Below are positions 8,728-18,530 of a DNA stretch of 64,000 nt, piece by piece (position 1 is the stretch's first letter; each line of letters starts with the position of its first letter). This DNA is from an uncultured archaeon. Its GTDB lineage: Archaea > Altiarchaeota > Altiarchaeia > JAFGQM01. The notes beneath the pieces are model-generated. The model was not told the DNA's origin and did no database searches. It saw nothing but the letters and a program-made list of their open reading frames with translations. The stretch spans positions 1 through 64,000 of the forward strand of contig CAZUDQ010000002.1 in assembly GCA_964619365.1 (NCBI GenBank), read 5' to 3'. The position numbers were made by a program, and so were the translations under genes.

Positions 8728-11346
8728 ATGAAAACAAAGCTAGTATTGATGACAGTTGTATTCGCATCAGCCCTTATTTTAGCTGGAATGCCAGCCTTGG
8801 CAGTAAACGACTGCGTATATCACGAAAGCTACGGGAGGGGTGTGGTAAGCTACGATTACTCTACTGGTGACGCGGAAGGAAATCACTATGTATACGATGA
8901 TTTCGGCCAGACTATTCTCAAAACAGACCAGGGAAATACCCTGATTACAATATGGGGCGACCAGAGGTCTAAGCATTTTAAATGTGCAAGCGGTGCACAT
9001 ATCGAGCCTGCTCTTTCAAAAAGTATCTGTGAAAGAGGCGTTCCCCAATTCACACGCATAAGCGATTCAGAAGGCTATTTTACATGCACTGACTCCCATG
9101 GGGGTGGTGAAGACTCAAGATTTTATTATGAATGCGAGGGTATAGACATACCTTATGTCATCCACGATTACCAAGCATGTTATGAAAACAATGTGTACTG
9201 GTTTGACTCAGGCGCGTGCCGTCAGGAACTTATAGAAGATTGTACTGGTGGGGACGTTTGTTTAGATGCGGTTTGTTACCCGACATGCACTCCAGGTTAC
9301 ACTGACAACTACCAATGCGCAGGCAACTGGCTAGAAAGAGAAGAAATCGATGAGTATTGCAGAACTTCATGGGTCGAGAACTATGAATACTGTGATTATG
9401 GATGCGATTCGACCACATTTACATGCAACAGTCAGTGCCACGAAGGTTACACTGAAAACTATCGTTGCGACGGAAACTGGCTGGAGCGCCAATATGTGAG
9501 CTCAGATTGCGATTATTCCTGGGATAATAATTATGAATACTGTACAAGCGGTTGTAGTGATGTGACAAAAAGCTGCAATCCTTACTGTGAAGAAGGATAT
9601 CTTGATGACTACCAGTGTATGGGTTCGTCCTTAGAAAGAAATTATCAATATTCAGACTGCTCAACAGAATGGCGCGAAATAGAACACTGCCAGTATGGAT
9701 GTTCAGGAAATACTTGTAATTCGGGATGCACTCCAGGCTACATAAGCAATTATCAGTGTAACGGAAACTGGTTACAACAAGAGTATAAGGATATTGATTG
9801 CTCACTTGAGTGGAGAGACGCAGAATACTGTAACTATGGCTGTTCTGCTGGTGCATGCAACACAGGAGCGACGCCTTATTGTGAGGATACAGATGGCGGG
9901 ATAGTCTGGACGGTTCAGGGAAACACATACGGCCTAAACGATTATAATGAGTCATATTCAAAAACTGATTACTGCGGTGGAAACACAGTGCATGAATATT
10001 ATTGTTCAGGAAATGACTGGGCACTGACTTCGTATTCTTGTGCGTATGGCTGCTCTGATGGCGCGTGTAAGACAAACCCGTCATGCACTGATGAATGCTC
10101 TGTTTGGGGCGATACAAAGTGCAAAGGCGATGAGAAATGCACCTGTGGTTATTATGACTCGGACCCATGTTTAGAATGGGGTAACTGTTATGAATCCTCA
10201 ACATGTGATAATGAATGCGATTCAGGATGGGATTCAGAACGGAAATGCCGATACGGCGACGTTTACAGGATGTACACATACTCTGATTGCGATGAGGAAT
10301 GGCGCTTATATGATGAGTGTGATTATGGCTGTTCTAACGGACATTGTAGATACGACCCATATGACGATTATTGTGGAAACGGATATTGTGATTATTCAGA
10401 GGGTGAAACTTGCTCAAACTGCCCATCTGACTGCGGTTCCTGCAACAGGTGCGGAAACGGATACTGCGAGACAAATTATGGCGAAACCTGCTATAACTGC
10501 CAGAGTGACTGTGGTGTCTGCCAAACATGCGGCAATGGAATTTGCTCAGGCGGAGAAACCTGCTCAAGCTGTCCATCTGACTGTGGAACATGCGGCGACC
10601 TTTGCGGAAACGGCGTGTGTTCAAGCGGCGAGACTTGCGCAAGCTGTCCATCTGACTGTGGCTCATGTACACAGTGCGGTGATGGTATTTGCAGTGGGTC
10701 AGAAACTTGCTCATCATGCTCACTTGACTGCGGAACTTGTCAGATTTGTGGCGACGGCATGTGCACAGGTTCAGAAACCTGCTCATCATGCTCTTTAGAC
10801 TGTGGAAATTGCGTCACTGCGTGTCCGGTCCCAGTAGGCGAAAACGTCGAAGTGAGTTCAGAGGCCTGCGCGGAATTCAAAGGCGCGGGAACAGAGAGTT
10901 TCTCATTAACAGTATATAACAAAGAGCCTTACGCAGCAGAGTACTCAGTCGGGCTTAGCGGACCTGCTTCGGCATGGTCAAATATAAATCCGTCGACTGT
11001 ACTTGTCCCGACAGGTGAAGGAAAGAGTGCTCAGATAACAGTGAGTGTTCCAGAAGGCGTTTCACCAGGCCTTTACGAGATGACTGCAATAATCTCCTCA
11101 GGCAGTGAAGCTATAATGGAAAAAGAGCTTTATGTGAGTGTAGCCGAAGAGGACACAGGAGCAACAGGCTTAATAGTCCTTGATGTAAACAATATCTCAA
11201 GCTCTCCAACGGGCGCCGCCATAGCCGGTGAGATAGACCTCTTTTGGATAATCATCGGAGTTTTTGTAGTGGCTGACCTATTACTCGTGGCAATTGTCCT
11301 TAGGCGGAAAAACGCGAGTGTTGGTAATACTGACAAAAAACTTTGA
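8728..11346 (+). CDS. Cys/Tyr-rich repeat surface protein: signal peptide, disulfide repeats, Ig-like domain, C-terminal TM anchor
   Basis: Start moved to ATG 8728 (MKTKLVLMTVVFASALILAGMPALA); SPTGAAI linker before C-terminal TM and RRK. Confidence 0.85.
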   Translation: MKTKLVLMTVVFASALILAGMPALAVNDCVYHESYGRGVVSYDYSTGDAEGNHYVYDDFGQTILKTDQGNTLITIWGDQRSKHFKCASGAHIEPALSKSICERGVPQFTRISDSEGYFTCTDSHGGGEDSRFYYECEGIDIPYVIHDYQACYENNVYWFDSGACRQELIEDCTGGDVCLDAVCYPTCTPGYTDNYQCAGNWLEREEIDEYCRTSWVENYEYCDYGCDSTTFTCNSQCHEGYTENYRCDGNWLERQYVSSDCDYSWDNNYEYCTSGCSDVTKSCNPYCEEGYLDDYQCMGSSLERNYQYSDCSTEWREIEHCQYGCSGNTCNSGCTPGYISNYQCNGNWLQQEYKDIDCSLEWRDAEYCNYGCSAGACNTGATPYCEDTDGGIVWTVQGNTYGLNDYNESYSKTDYCGGNTVHEYYCSGNDWALTSYSCAYGCSDGACKTNPSCTDECSVWGDTKCKGDEKCTCGYYDSDPCLEWGNCYESSTCDNECDSGWDSERKCRYGDVYRMYTYSDCDEEWRLYDECDYGCSNGHCRYDPYDDYCGNGYCDYSEGETCSNCPSDCGSCNRCGNGYCETNYGETCYNCQSDCGVCQTCGNGICSGGETCSSCPSDCGTCGDLCGNGVCSSGETCASCPSDCGSCTQCGDGICSGSETCSSCSLDCGTCQICGDGMCTGSETCSSCSLDCGNCVTACPVPVGENVEVSSEACAEFKGAGTESFSLTVYNKEPYAAEYSVGLSGPASAWSNINPSTVLVPTGEGKSAQITVSVPEGVSPGLYEMTAIISSGSEAIMEKELYVSVAEEDTGATGLIVLDVNNISSSPTGAAIAGEIDLFWIIIGVFVVADLLLVAIVLRRKNASVGNTDKKL
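9286..9860 (+). repeat. Four ~47-50-aa Cys repeats (C..GY..NYQC.GNWLER.Y...DC...W....YC.YGC)
   Basis: Visible in protein; DNA units share ggcaactggct/ggaaactggct. Confidence 0.8.
10370..10812 (+). repeat. Six tandem CG[ND]G.C...ETC..C..DCG.C repeats
   Basis: Direct reading of translation; recurrent gaaac[ct]tgctca and ccatctgactg DNA. Confidence 0.9.
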
Positions 11347-11944
11347 TAGGACAGGATTTACATAAGGGTTTTTTGGGTTTGCAGCTAAGCCTTCCGTGAT
11401 CTACAAGAAGGCCGTTTACCTTCCCCCACATTTTTTTAGGAAGGAGGCCGCACAAATCTTTTTCTATTTTTTCTGCACTTTTAGCATCGCTTAGTCCCAC
11501 CCTTTTTACGATTCTTTTTGCGTGAATGTCAATTGCAATGCCTTCAACTTTGCCGAAGCACTCTGTTAATATTATATTCGCGCTTTTTCTACCGATTCCA
11601 GGGATTTTTAGAAGACTGTCCATGTTGCCCCGGACCTTGCCGTTAAATTCATTTGTTATTGTCATTCCCGCCTCGACTATGTGCCTTGCCTTCACATGGT
11701 AAAATCCACTTGGGTGGATGTGAACTTCAATGTTTTTTGGGTTTTCTTTTGCGTAGTCGCTTGCAGTCTTATATTTTGAAAAAAGAAATGGCGTCATCTC
11801 ATTGACTTTCTTGTCAGTGCACTGCGCGGCAAGGATAAGGGCTACAAGAAGCTCAAGAGGGTTTGTATAATCAAGTTTTGGCGTTGGAACATGGTAACGC
11901 TTCTTAAGGAGACTAACTATCTTTATTGCAGTCTGTGAATCCAT
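11300..11944 (-). CDS. nth: Endonuclease III
   Basis: LVALILAAQCTD, HhH IPGIGRKSAN, IAIDIH, C-x6-C-x2-C-x5-C Fe-S motif. Confidence 0.95.
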   Translation of the reverse strand: MDSQTAIKIVSLLKKRYHVPTPKLDYTNPLELLVALILAAQCTDKKVNEMTPFLFSKYKTASDYAKENPKNIEVHIHPSGFYHVKARHIVEAGMTITNEFNGKVRGNMDSLLKIPGIGRKSANIILTECFGKVEGIAIDIHAKRIVKRVGLSDAKSAEKIEKDLCGLLPKKMWGKVNGLLVDHGRLSCKPKKPLCKSCPIKVFCQYYQHSRFSA

Positions 11945-11948
11945 TACC

Positions 11949-13304
11949 CTAATTTCTCAGGCTTGTGACGGGTGCCGGCAGGCGTCCCCCGCGGTTTATG
12001 AATTTTGCAGGCGATGGCTTTAAGACCTCCATTACAGGACCTTTCCCCAAAAGACCCCCAAAATCAACCCAGTCCCCGGCTTTTTTGCCAGTTGCAGGAA
12101 TGACTCGTACACCTGTTGTCTTGTTCTGAACAACTCCGATTGCAAGTTCGTCAGCAATTATTGCCGCAATCGTTTCCATAGGTGTATCTCCTGGTATTAC
12201 AAACATGTCAAGCCCGACTGAGCACACCGCACTTAAAGATTCAAGTTTAGCTATAGATAAAACTCCTTCTTTGGCTGCTCTTGCCATGGCAAGGTCTTCA
12301 GTAACTGGGATAAACGTGCCTGAAAGCCCGCCTACAGATGATGATGCCATTGCCCCTCCACGTTTTATTGCATCAATAAGAAGTGCAACTGCTGCTGTTG
12401 AACCGTGGGTACCAACTCGCTCAAGCCCCATAACTTCAAGTATTTCACCGACAGAGTCCCCGACTGTTGGAGTTGATGCTAAGGAAAGATCGACAATCCC
12501 AAAAGGAACATCTATTTTCTTTGCAAGATCGCGACCTATGAGTTCTCCTGCGCGGGTTATCTTAAATGCAGTCTTTTTTATTATCTCAGAAAGCTCGCCA
12601 AGGTCGCAGTCCGGATGTTTTTCTACAATGTTTTTAACAACGCCCGGTCCACTGATTCCAATATTGAGTGCATAGTCCCCTTCCCCTATGCCGTGGAATG
12701 CTCCAGCCATAAATGGTGAATCCTCAGGAACGTTTGCAAAGACAACAAGCTTGGCACAACCAATCGAGTTATGTGTAACTTTGGCAATTTCTTTAATCTT
12801 TTCTGAAGCAAGGATGACAGCATCCATATTAAGTCCGGATATGTTTGTCCCGACATTAAGGAAGCAGCATACTCTTTCTGTTTGAGATAGGACTTCAGGC
12901 AGGGAGTTTATCAGTCGCAGGTCGCTTTTTGTCATGCCTTTTTGCACATGCGCGCCGTATCCTCCTATAAAATCTATTCCCGCGTCTTTTGCTGCGCGGT
13001 CAAGAGTCTTTGCAATCTCAAGGAGACCCTTTTCATCAATAGTTTCAGCGATGATTGATATTGGAGTTACCGAGATTCTCCTGTTGATTATCGGAACGCC
13101 GTATTTTTTCTCTAAGGAGCTGGCTTCCTTTACGAGTTGTTTTGCCTTCCCGACAATTTTCTCATACACGTTTTCCTTAAATTTTTCAAGGTCTGAATCA
13201 ATACAATCCTTAAGATTAATACCAAGTGTTGCTGCGCGTATGTCATAATTGTAATACAGAGTCATCCCTGCCGTCTCATAGACCTCTTCAATACTATACG
13301 CCAT
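11949..13304 (-). CDS. PFL-like family protein (DUF711/UPF0210)
   Basis: RISVTPI, FIGGYGA, SPFMAGAFHG, GGLSGTFIPVTED, AVCSVGLDM, PAPVTSLRN. Confidence 0.92.
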   Translation of the reverse strand: MAYSIEEVYETAGMTLYYNYDIRAATLGINLKDCIDSDLEKFKENVYEKIVGKAKQLVKEASSLEKKYGVPIINRRISVTPISIIAETIDEKGLLEIAKTLDRAAKDAGIDFIGGYGAHVQKGMTKSDLRLINSLPEVLSQTERVCCFLNVGTNISGLNMDAVILASEKIKEIAKVTHNSIGCAKLVVFANVPEDSPFMAGAFHGIGEGDYALNIGISGPGVVKNIVEKHPDCDLGELSEIIKKTAFKITRAGELIGRDLAKKIDVPFGIVDLSLASTPTVGDSVGEILEVMGLERVGTHGSTAAVALLIDAIKRGGAMASSSVGGLSGTFIPVTEDLAMARAAKEGVLSIAKLESLSAVCSVGLDMFVIPGDTPMETIAAIIADELAIGVVQNKTTGVRVIPATGKKAGDWVDFGGLLGKGPVMEVLKPSPAKFINRGGRLPAPVTSLRN

Positions 13305-13312
13305 TTCTTATT

Positions 13313-13594
13313 TTATATCCTGTGCATTGCCCGCAGGATGTCTTCGTGTTGTATCTGGATTTTTAAGCCCATTTCCTTTTCAACCACGTCCATCTTCTCG
13401 CGAAGCTCGTCCATGGAGACCTCAGCTCCTGCGACATCAACAAACATACTCATGACAAAATAACCTTCCATAACTTTCATCTCGACGTCTTCGATGTTTA
13501 TGTCGCAATCTGCAAGAATGTTTGATATTTTTGCGACAATACCCTTTTTGTCCCCACCAATCACGGTTATAAAACAAAGTTCTCTCTTATCCAT
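13313..13594 (-). CDS. ACT domain protein (UPF0237)
   Basis: ITVIGGDKKGIVAKIS..L...INIED; QHEDILRAMHRI; usual partner of DUF711. Confidence 0.92.
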   Translation of the reverse strand: MDKRELCFITVIGGDKKGIVAKISNILADCDINIEDVEMKVMEGYFVMSMFVDVAGAEVSMDELREKMDVVEKEMGLKIQIQHEDILRAMHRI

Positions 13595-13634
13595 TTTCTT
13601 AAATAGTTTGAAACAATATGCAATTAAAGTGCGA

Positions 13635-14684
13635 TTAAATCTTGTATCTTAAAATAGCGGCAAGTCCTCCAAGGCCGTTTAAGCGTTCTCCGGGTTCGTG
13701 ACGCGAGTCAAATACGCAGAAATTTCCCCTGGATTTTCTTGTGTTTTCAATAAGTCTTTCGACAGACGCGTCTTTCCTAAGAAGGGAATCAAGAACAAGA
13801 AGCTCTAAGACCGCCCCTGATTCGCAGGCACTCTTAACATCCCTTTTCCCGTAGGCAAAAAGCCCGTCTTTTGATATTTCGTAGAATACGCGTTCAATGA
13901 GACCCGATTCGCGGTTAATTCTGGAGTCGCCTATCGCGCGGTCTAGTTTTCCTGTGCGAATAAGTTCATACACCGCTTGCTTTCCATCGTTCCCACTGTC
14001 AATTACCTGGCAGTTAAATTTCTTTCCAGTCGAATCACAGAATTTTGCAAAATTACCCTTTGTAAAGCCTGTACCACATAGGTATACAGTTCCCGCGTCT
14101 TCATGCTCAAGCTCGCTTGTAATGGCGGATTTCAGCTTAGAGAAGAATTCAGTTTCGTCTTTTGTGCCCCCTTCTGCGTATTTTCCACCCACGTTTTCAC
14201 TTAAATTTATGAACTTAAGGCCTCGGTCGCGCACAAGGGCGATTACCGCACTGCTCTTATCAACTGCACATACTATTGCGCGCGCAGTCTTTCCTTTCTT
14301 CTCAGCGTCTGAAAGATAGCCCTTTTCACTGTCTGCCCAGTTGTTTTTTATGATTTTTATCTCAGAGTGTTCTCCAAGCTCAAAAGTATGATGCGAGCCA
14401 AAAGAGACATACTCGTCAGGCCCGCTTTTGATTATTCCTAGAACGCGCAGGCGGTTTGAGTTTTCGTCAAATTCACAGGAATCCACACGAATTCCAAGAG
14501 TCATTGCCCTTTTCTCACTTTTTCCAGAGCGCAGTTTATCATCTTTTCCTGCAATGGACCTAAAAGTCCTTGCTATTGCTAGGTCTCCTGGACTTATGAC
14601 CTTTGATAAATACCAAAGGTCGTCAAGGCTTTCAGCAAGGACGCGAACTTCTCCGCTCCGAAAATCTCGTTTAAGGACTTTCAT
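13635..14684 (-). CDS. pelA: Pelota (ribosome rescue)
   Basis: ESLDDLWYL, RLRVLG, GSHHT, GERLNGLGGLAAILRY. Confidence 0.95.
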   Translation of the reverse strand: MKVLKRDFRSGEVRVLAESLDDLWYLSKVISPGDLAIARTFRSIAGKDDKLRSGKSEKRAMTLGIRVDSCEFDENSNRLRVLGIIKSGPDEYVSFGSHHTFELGEHSEIKIIKNNWADSEKGYLSDAEKKGKTARAIVCAVDKSSAVIALVRDRGLKFINLSENVGGKYAEGGTKDETEFFSKLKSAITSELEHEDAGTVYLCGTGFTKGNFAKFCDSTGKKFNCQVIDSGNDGKQAVYELIRTGKLDRAIGDSRINRESGLIERVFYEISKDGLFAYGKRDVKSACESGAVLELLVLDSLLRKDASVERLIENTRKSRGNFCVFDSRHEPGERLNGLGGLAAILRYKI

Positions 14685-14727
14685 GACTCCTAAATTTGAG
14701 CGGGGGAAGCTAAAAACAAGCCAAGAG

Positions 14728-16863
14728 CTATCTTACTTGCCTAAGGATGTTTTCAGCAGTTTTTTTGCCCACAATACCTTCAAGCTCTTCAACATTCGTC
14801 TTAGACAGGTCGGATTTGCTCTTAAACCCTGACGAAAAGAGCTTTCGCCCGCGGACGCGGCCAATGCCTTTGATTGCAATGAGTGGTGCTAGCTCCTCTT
14901 TTACGCCGTGTTTTATTCTCATTTGGAGTGTTTGGAACTCTCGTCTAAGTGATGGTCTTGCCTTAGTCAACGGAGCTATTTCAGCGCAGCAGTAAGCTAG
15001 CCACTCAGCAGTATTCAGTTTTATCCTAAGGAGACCTGGAGCCACCTGGTAATTCTCCATTATCCAGGCCTCAGAGCGCTCATCAAGCCAGTCGGAGAAC
15101 ATCAGCGCCGTTTTGAAGCGCTCAAGATAGTCAGAGTCGTTTCTTGTAAGTATAATTTCTTCAGTCTCGTAGTATTTGCCCCAAAGCTCGTCTTCCTCAG
15201 ATTTCCTGACATAAAGAAGGGGTCTAAGTTCACTTGAAGTGCAAAGCATCTCAAGCCAGGATATTGTTTTGGCTCGCGCGCTCCCCTCTTTATCCTCCAT
15301 TATTCCCTTAAAGACATAAGCGCTTTCAGGGTCTAGGTAAAGTTCAGACACGCGCGCTCCAAGAGGCGTTGCGATTATCTCGCTTTTTGAGCACGCCGAA
15401 ATATCATTTGCAGTTACAAAGAGTCCTTCTGAATCAATTGACGAATCTTTCCCACAGGGCATGACGACAAAGCCCCAGTCAGAAAGCTGGCGCAGTATAC
15501 GCTCGACTTTGACTTTAAACTCTCCCCCAGTTCCGAATTGATGGGCAAAAAACGTGCGTCCGAAGAATTCAAAAAGGCCATCTGTGCTTCTGCAAAAGCC
15601 CGATGCTATCGCCGAAAGGACATGCGTCCTTAAAATCGGTTCGACTCCAAGCATGGAATGAATCGCTTCAGGTTCACCTTCTAAATATGTGCTTTGTAAG
15701 TAAGCCGCTTCCTTAGTATCTGGTGCAAGAAGCACGCACTCACCTTCATCATCATACCTGGGGCGTCCAGCGCGTCCTGCCATCTGCATGTACTCTAAAA
15801 CCGGTATGTAATCCATGCCGTGGTCAGTGTAGCGCTTTATATCGCGGATGATGACTTTTCGTGCTGGAAGGTTGATTCCTGCGGCCAAAGTGGGTGTAGC
15901 ACAAATCACCTTTATGCGTCCGTCTTTAAACGCGTTTTCAACAAGTTCGCGCTGACCATTAACAATCCCTGCGTGATGAAATGCAACGCCTCCTGCAACA
16001 CATCTGCCTAGCCGGGCGCACTGGGCAGTTGGACTCGAAAGGACGTTTTCAATATCGCTTGATAAGGCAGAAAGCGCCATTTGTTCAGTTCCATCAAGGG
16101 TTTTCCCCATCTTTGCGCTAAGCTTTTCTGCAACGGCTTCAGCCGACCTTCTGGAATTGACAAAAACAAGACTTTGGGCACCGTCCTTTTTTGTCTTTGT
16201 GGTTTCAGATTCAAGAGTCTCAAACTTCCCAAGCTCTATTTTCTGGCTTAGTTTTGTCGGACGCCAAGTTGATTTAAGGAGCTTTGCCCCAAGCCACTCT
16301 GCCATCTCTTCAGAGTTGCCAACAGTCGCCGAAAGCCCGATTATTTGTGCTTCAGGGAACATCTCTTTAAACTTTGCGATAAGTATCTCGTAGGTGGGGC
16401 CGCGGTTGGTTCCAATCAGGTGTATTTCATCGATTATTATTGCCCCAAGGTCGCGAAACCACGTTGGTTTTGAGCGCAGAATTGAGTCGCATTTTTCTGC
16501 TGTTGCGACAAGTAGGTCTGCAGCACACTTCTGGCTGAGAAATTTAGAGTCGAGGTCGCCCATTTCAAGTTCGACATTAAATCCAAGCTTTTCCCATTTT
16601 CCAAATTCACGCGCTTTTTCAGCGGCAAGCGCGCGCAATGGAACTAAGTAAAGCACTTGCTTTCCTTGGCGCATGGCTTTAAGTGCGGCAAGCTCGGCCA
16701 TAACCGTTTTCCCAGATGCTGTCGGCGTGCAGACTAAAAGGTCGTTTCCTTCAAGAAGCCCAGCTTTTATTGCGTCTTCTTGGGGTGGGAAAAAGGAGAT
16801 TATGCCGTCTTTTTCAAATACTCTGGTTATTGCGTCCCCAAGATTTAGTTCAGAAACATCCAC
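14728..16863 (-). CDS. hel308: Hel308/Hjm Ski2-like helicase
   Basis: PTASGKT, DEIH, LSAT, FHHAG, TPTLAAGINLPA, QMAGRAGRP, C-terminal HhH IKGIGRVRGR. Confidence 0.95.
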   Translation of the reverse strand: MDVSELNLGDAITRVFEKDGIISFFPPQEDAIKAGLLEGNDLLVCTPTASGKTVMAELAALKAMRQGKQVLYLVPLRALAAEKAREFGKWEKLGFNVELEMGDLDSKFLSQKCAADLLVATAEKCDSILRSKPTWFRDLGAIIIDEIHLIGTNRGPTYEILIAKFKEMFPEAQIIGLSATVGNSEEMAEWLGAKLLKSTWRPTKLSQKIELGKFETLESETTKTKKDGAQSLVFVNSRRSAEAVAEKLSAKMGKTLDGTEQMALSALSSDIENVLSSPTAQCARLGRCVAGGVAFHHAGIVNGQRELVENAFKDGRIKVICATPTLAAGINLPARKVIIRDIKRYTDHGMDYIPVLEYMQMAGRAGRPRYDDEGECVLLAPDTKEAAYLQSTYLEGEPEAIHSMLGVEPILRTHVLSAIASGFCRSTDGLFEFFGRTFFAHQFGTGGEFKVKVERILRQLSDWGFVVMPCGKDSSIDSEGLFVTANDISACSKSEIIATPLGARVSELYLDPESAYVFKGIMEDKEGSARAKTISWLEMLCTSSELRPLLYVRKSEEDELWGKYYETEEIILTRNDSDYLERFKTALMFSDWLDERSEAWIMENYQVAPGLLRIKLNTAEWLAYCCAEIAPLTKARPSLRREFQTLQMRIKHGVKEELAPLIAIKGIGRVRGRKLFSSGFKSKSDLSKTNVEELEGIVGKKTAENILRQVR

Positions 16864-16961
16864 TCCTTATTTTGAAGCGGACGGGATTTAAGGGAGATTG
16901 CCTACCAGAGCACTAGTCGCTTGAGCTTAATGTTTTAATCTGCTTAAACAGAAACTAAGGT

Positions 16962-17792
16962 ATGCCAGGAAAACCCCACAAAGCACTTGCTCCAGCACCT
17001 CTTGATGTGAACGTGCTTGGTGTCTCAAAAAAATCAAAAAGTGCTTATCGCCAGCATAAGGTTTATCCACGCATGAATTCTCTTGTTACATCTTCCTTAA
17101 CTGGCAGTAAAGCTGACGTAAAACATACTGAGACCGATGCTAGGATAACTGAAAAGATTCTAGCTGATGCCATGCGAGAAGTTCGTCGTGGCAAGATTCC
17201 CTTACAATCCAGGGCGATACAGCATGGCCCAGAACCTGGCGCAATCAGAATTTGGACGAGAAACACCCCTCAAGCCAGGTTAGACCACGTACTTGACAAG
17301 GCAAGTTCAGCTGAGAAAAATGAGATATTCCAAAAGATAATGGAAGGGGTTGGAAACATGCATTCTCTTGCTCGCGTGGCAAATAGGGATCTCCGTGGCA
17401 CAACTCCCAATATATTTGTTTATCCAAAAGAAAAAGGTGGACGTCCATTAGAACCAAAATTCACAGACTTTGGCTGGGGCGTAAGCTTGCCTAGAGGTGG
17501 AGAACGCCTTGGCGAATACACGAATACTCGTGAAGCAATGCTAAAAGATATTGATGATGTCATTGATTTGTTCGAAGACCATATCCATCACGTTGATTAT
17601 GAGAACGGTTTTAAGACTTATGAAAAAACTCTGCGCAAAGGGTTAGAAAAAACAAAATGGGCACCTTTTGAAAAACTAGACCTATCTTTAAAACTTGAAA
17701 AATCCCGAAGTCGTTTAAGAGACGAAGCAATTAAAAGAGGGAGAATAAATAAGGGAATCAAAGATTATCCTCATTCTTATTATCCGCGATAA
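16962..17792 (+). CDS. Atypical protein-kinase-like orphan (Bud32/RIO-like C-lobe motifs)
   Basis: MHSLARVANRDLRGTTPNIFV (catalytic-loop-like) and KFTDFGWG (DFG). Confidence 0.6.
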   Translation: MPGKPHKALAPAPLDVNVLGVSKKSKSAYRQHKVYPRMNSLVTSSLTGSKADVKHTETDARITEKILADAMREVRRGKIPLQSRAIQHGPEPGAIRIWTRNTPQARLDHVLDKASSAEKNEIFQKIMEGVGNMHSLARVANRDLRGTTPNIFVYPKEKGGRPLEPKFTDFGWGVSLPRGGERLGEYTNTREAMLKDIDDVIDLFEDHIHHVDYENGFKTYEKTLRKGLEKTKWAPFEKLDLSLKLEKSRSRLRDEAIKRGRINKGIKDYPHSYYPR

Positions 17793-17810
17793 GAAGATAC
17801 ACGAAACAAA

Positions 17811-18476
17811 ATGAAAACACCAGCAATTGTTCTTAATTTTAAGACGTACAAGGAAGCAACAGGAAAGGCGGCAATTACTCTTGCAAAAGTCTGTGACGAA
17901 GTCGCTCGCGACAAGGGCGTTGAAATCGTTGTATGCCCTCAGCTTGCCGATGCCGCAAAAATCGCTGAAACCGTTGATATACCAGTCCTTGCCCAGCATT
18001 TTGATCCTATAACACCGGGCAGCCACACGGGATGGGTGCTTCTTGACTCTCTTGTTGACGCGGGTCTTGCAGGCTCTCTTATAAACCACAGCGAGCACCG
18101 CATTCCAAAAGAAGATGTCGAAAAGTGTGTTAAGATGCTAAAAGACGTTGGTCTTGAGTCAATTGTATGCACAAAAGACATAGGAGAAACGGCGGCATAT
18201 TCTCACTTTACTCCTAATTTTCTTGCAATAGAACCTCCTGAACTAATCGGCAGCGGGATTTCAGTTTCTGAGGCGCAGCCTGAGATAGTGTCCGGCGCCG
18301 CCAAAGCAGGAGGAGACGTTCCGGTCTTTTGCGGAGCAGGAATAACAAAGGGCGTTGACGTCAAAAAGGCAATAGAACTTGGGGCGTGCGGCGTTCTTTT
18401 AGCATCCGGAGTCACTAAGTCAAAAGAGCCTGGAAAAGTCTTAAGCGAGCTTGCAAGTTACGTCCTTAGTGTTTGA
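17811..18476 (+). CDS. tpiA: Triosephosphate isomerase (archaeal type)
   Basis: LNFKTY, LINHSEHR, AIEPPELIGSG, CGAGI, GVLLASG. Confidence 0.97.
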   Translation: MKTPAIVLNFKTYKEATGKAAITLAKVCDEVARDKGVEIVVCPQLADAAKIAETVDIPVLAQHFDPITPGSHTGWVLLDSLVDAGLAGSLINHSEHRIPKEDVEKCVKMLKDVGLESIVCTKDIGETAAYSHFTPNFLAIEPPELIGSGISVSEAQPEIVSGAAKAGGDVPVFCGAGITKGVDVKKAIELGACGVLLASGVTKSKEPGKVLSELASYVLSV

Positions 18477-18497
18477 ACTTCGGCTGACTCGCAAAAG

Positions 18498-18510
18498 CAA
18501 AGCTTTTAAC
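18498..18510 (+). promoter_or_regulatory. Putative BRE/TATA box for a leaderless transcript of the giant gene
   Basis: caaAGCTTTTAA with TTTTAA 22-27 bp upstream of ATG 18531; similar aagcttt elements precede other genes. Confidence 0.4.
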
Positions 18511-18530
18511 CTCGCTTTTATTAATAATCC

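Noticed and set aside
9419-10798. Long alternative-frame and antisense ORFs (286, 202, 151 aa), and likewise 55721-56608
   Set aside because: Shadows of Cys-rich repetitive genes with no independent motifs.
11300-11346. 47-bp convergent overlap of nth and the surface protein gene
   Set aside because: Short 3' overlaps are common in compact archaeal genomes.
11949-13594. DUF711 + ACT pair as a novel system
   Set aside because: A widespread, already known gene pair, though of unknown function.
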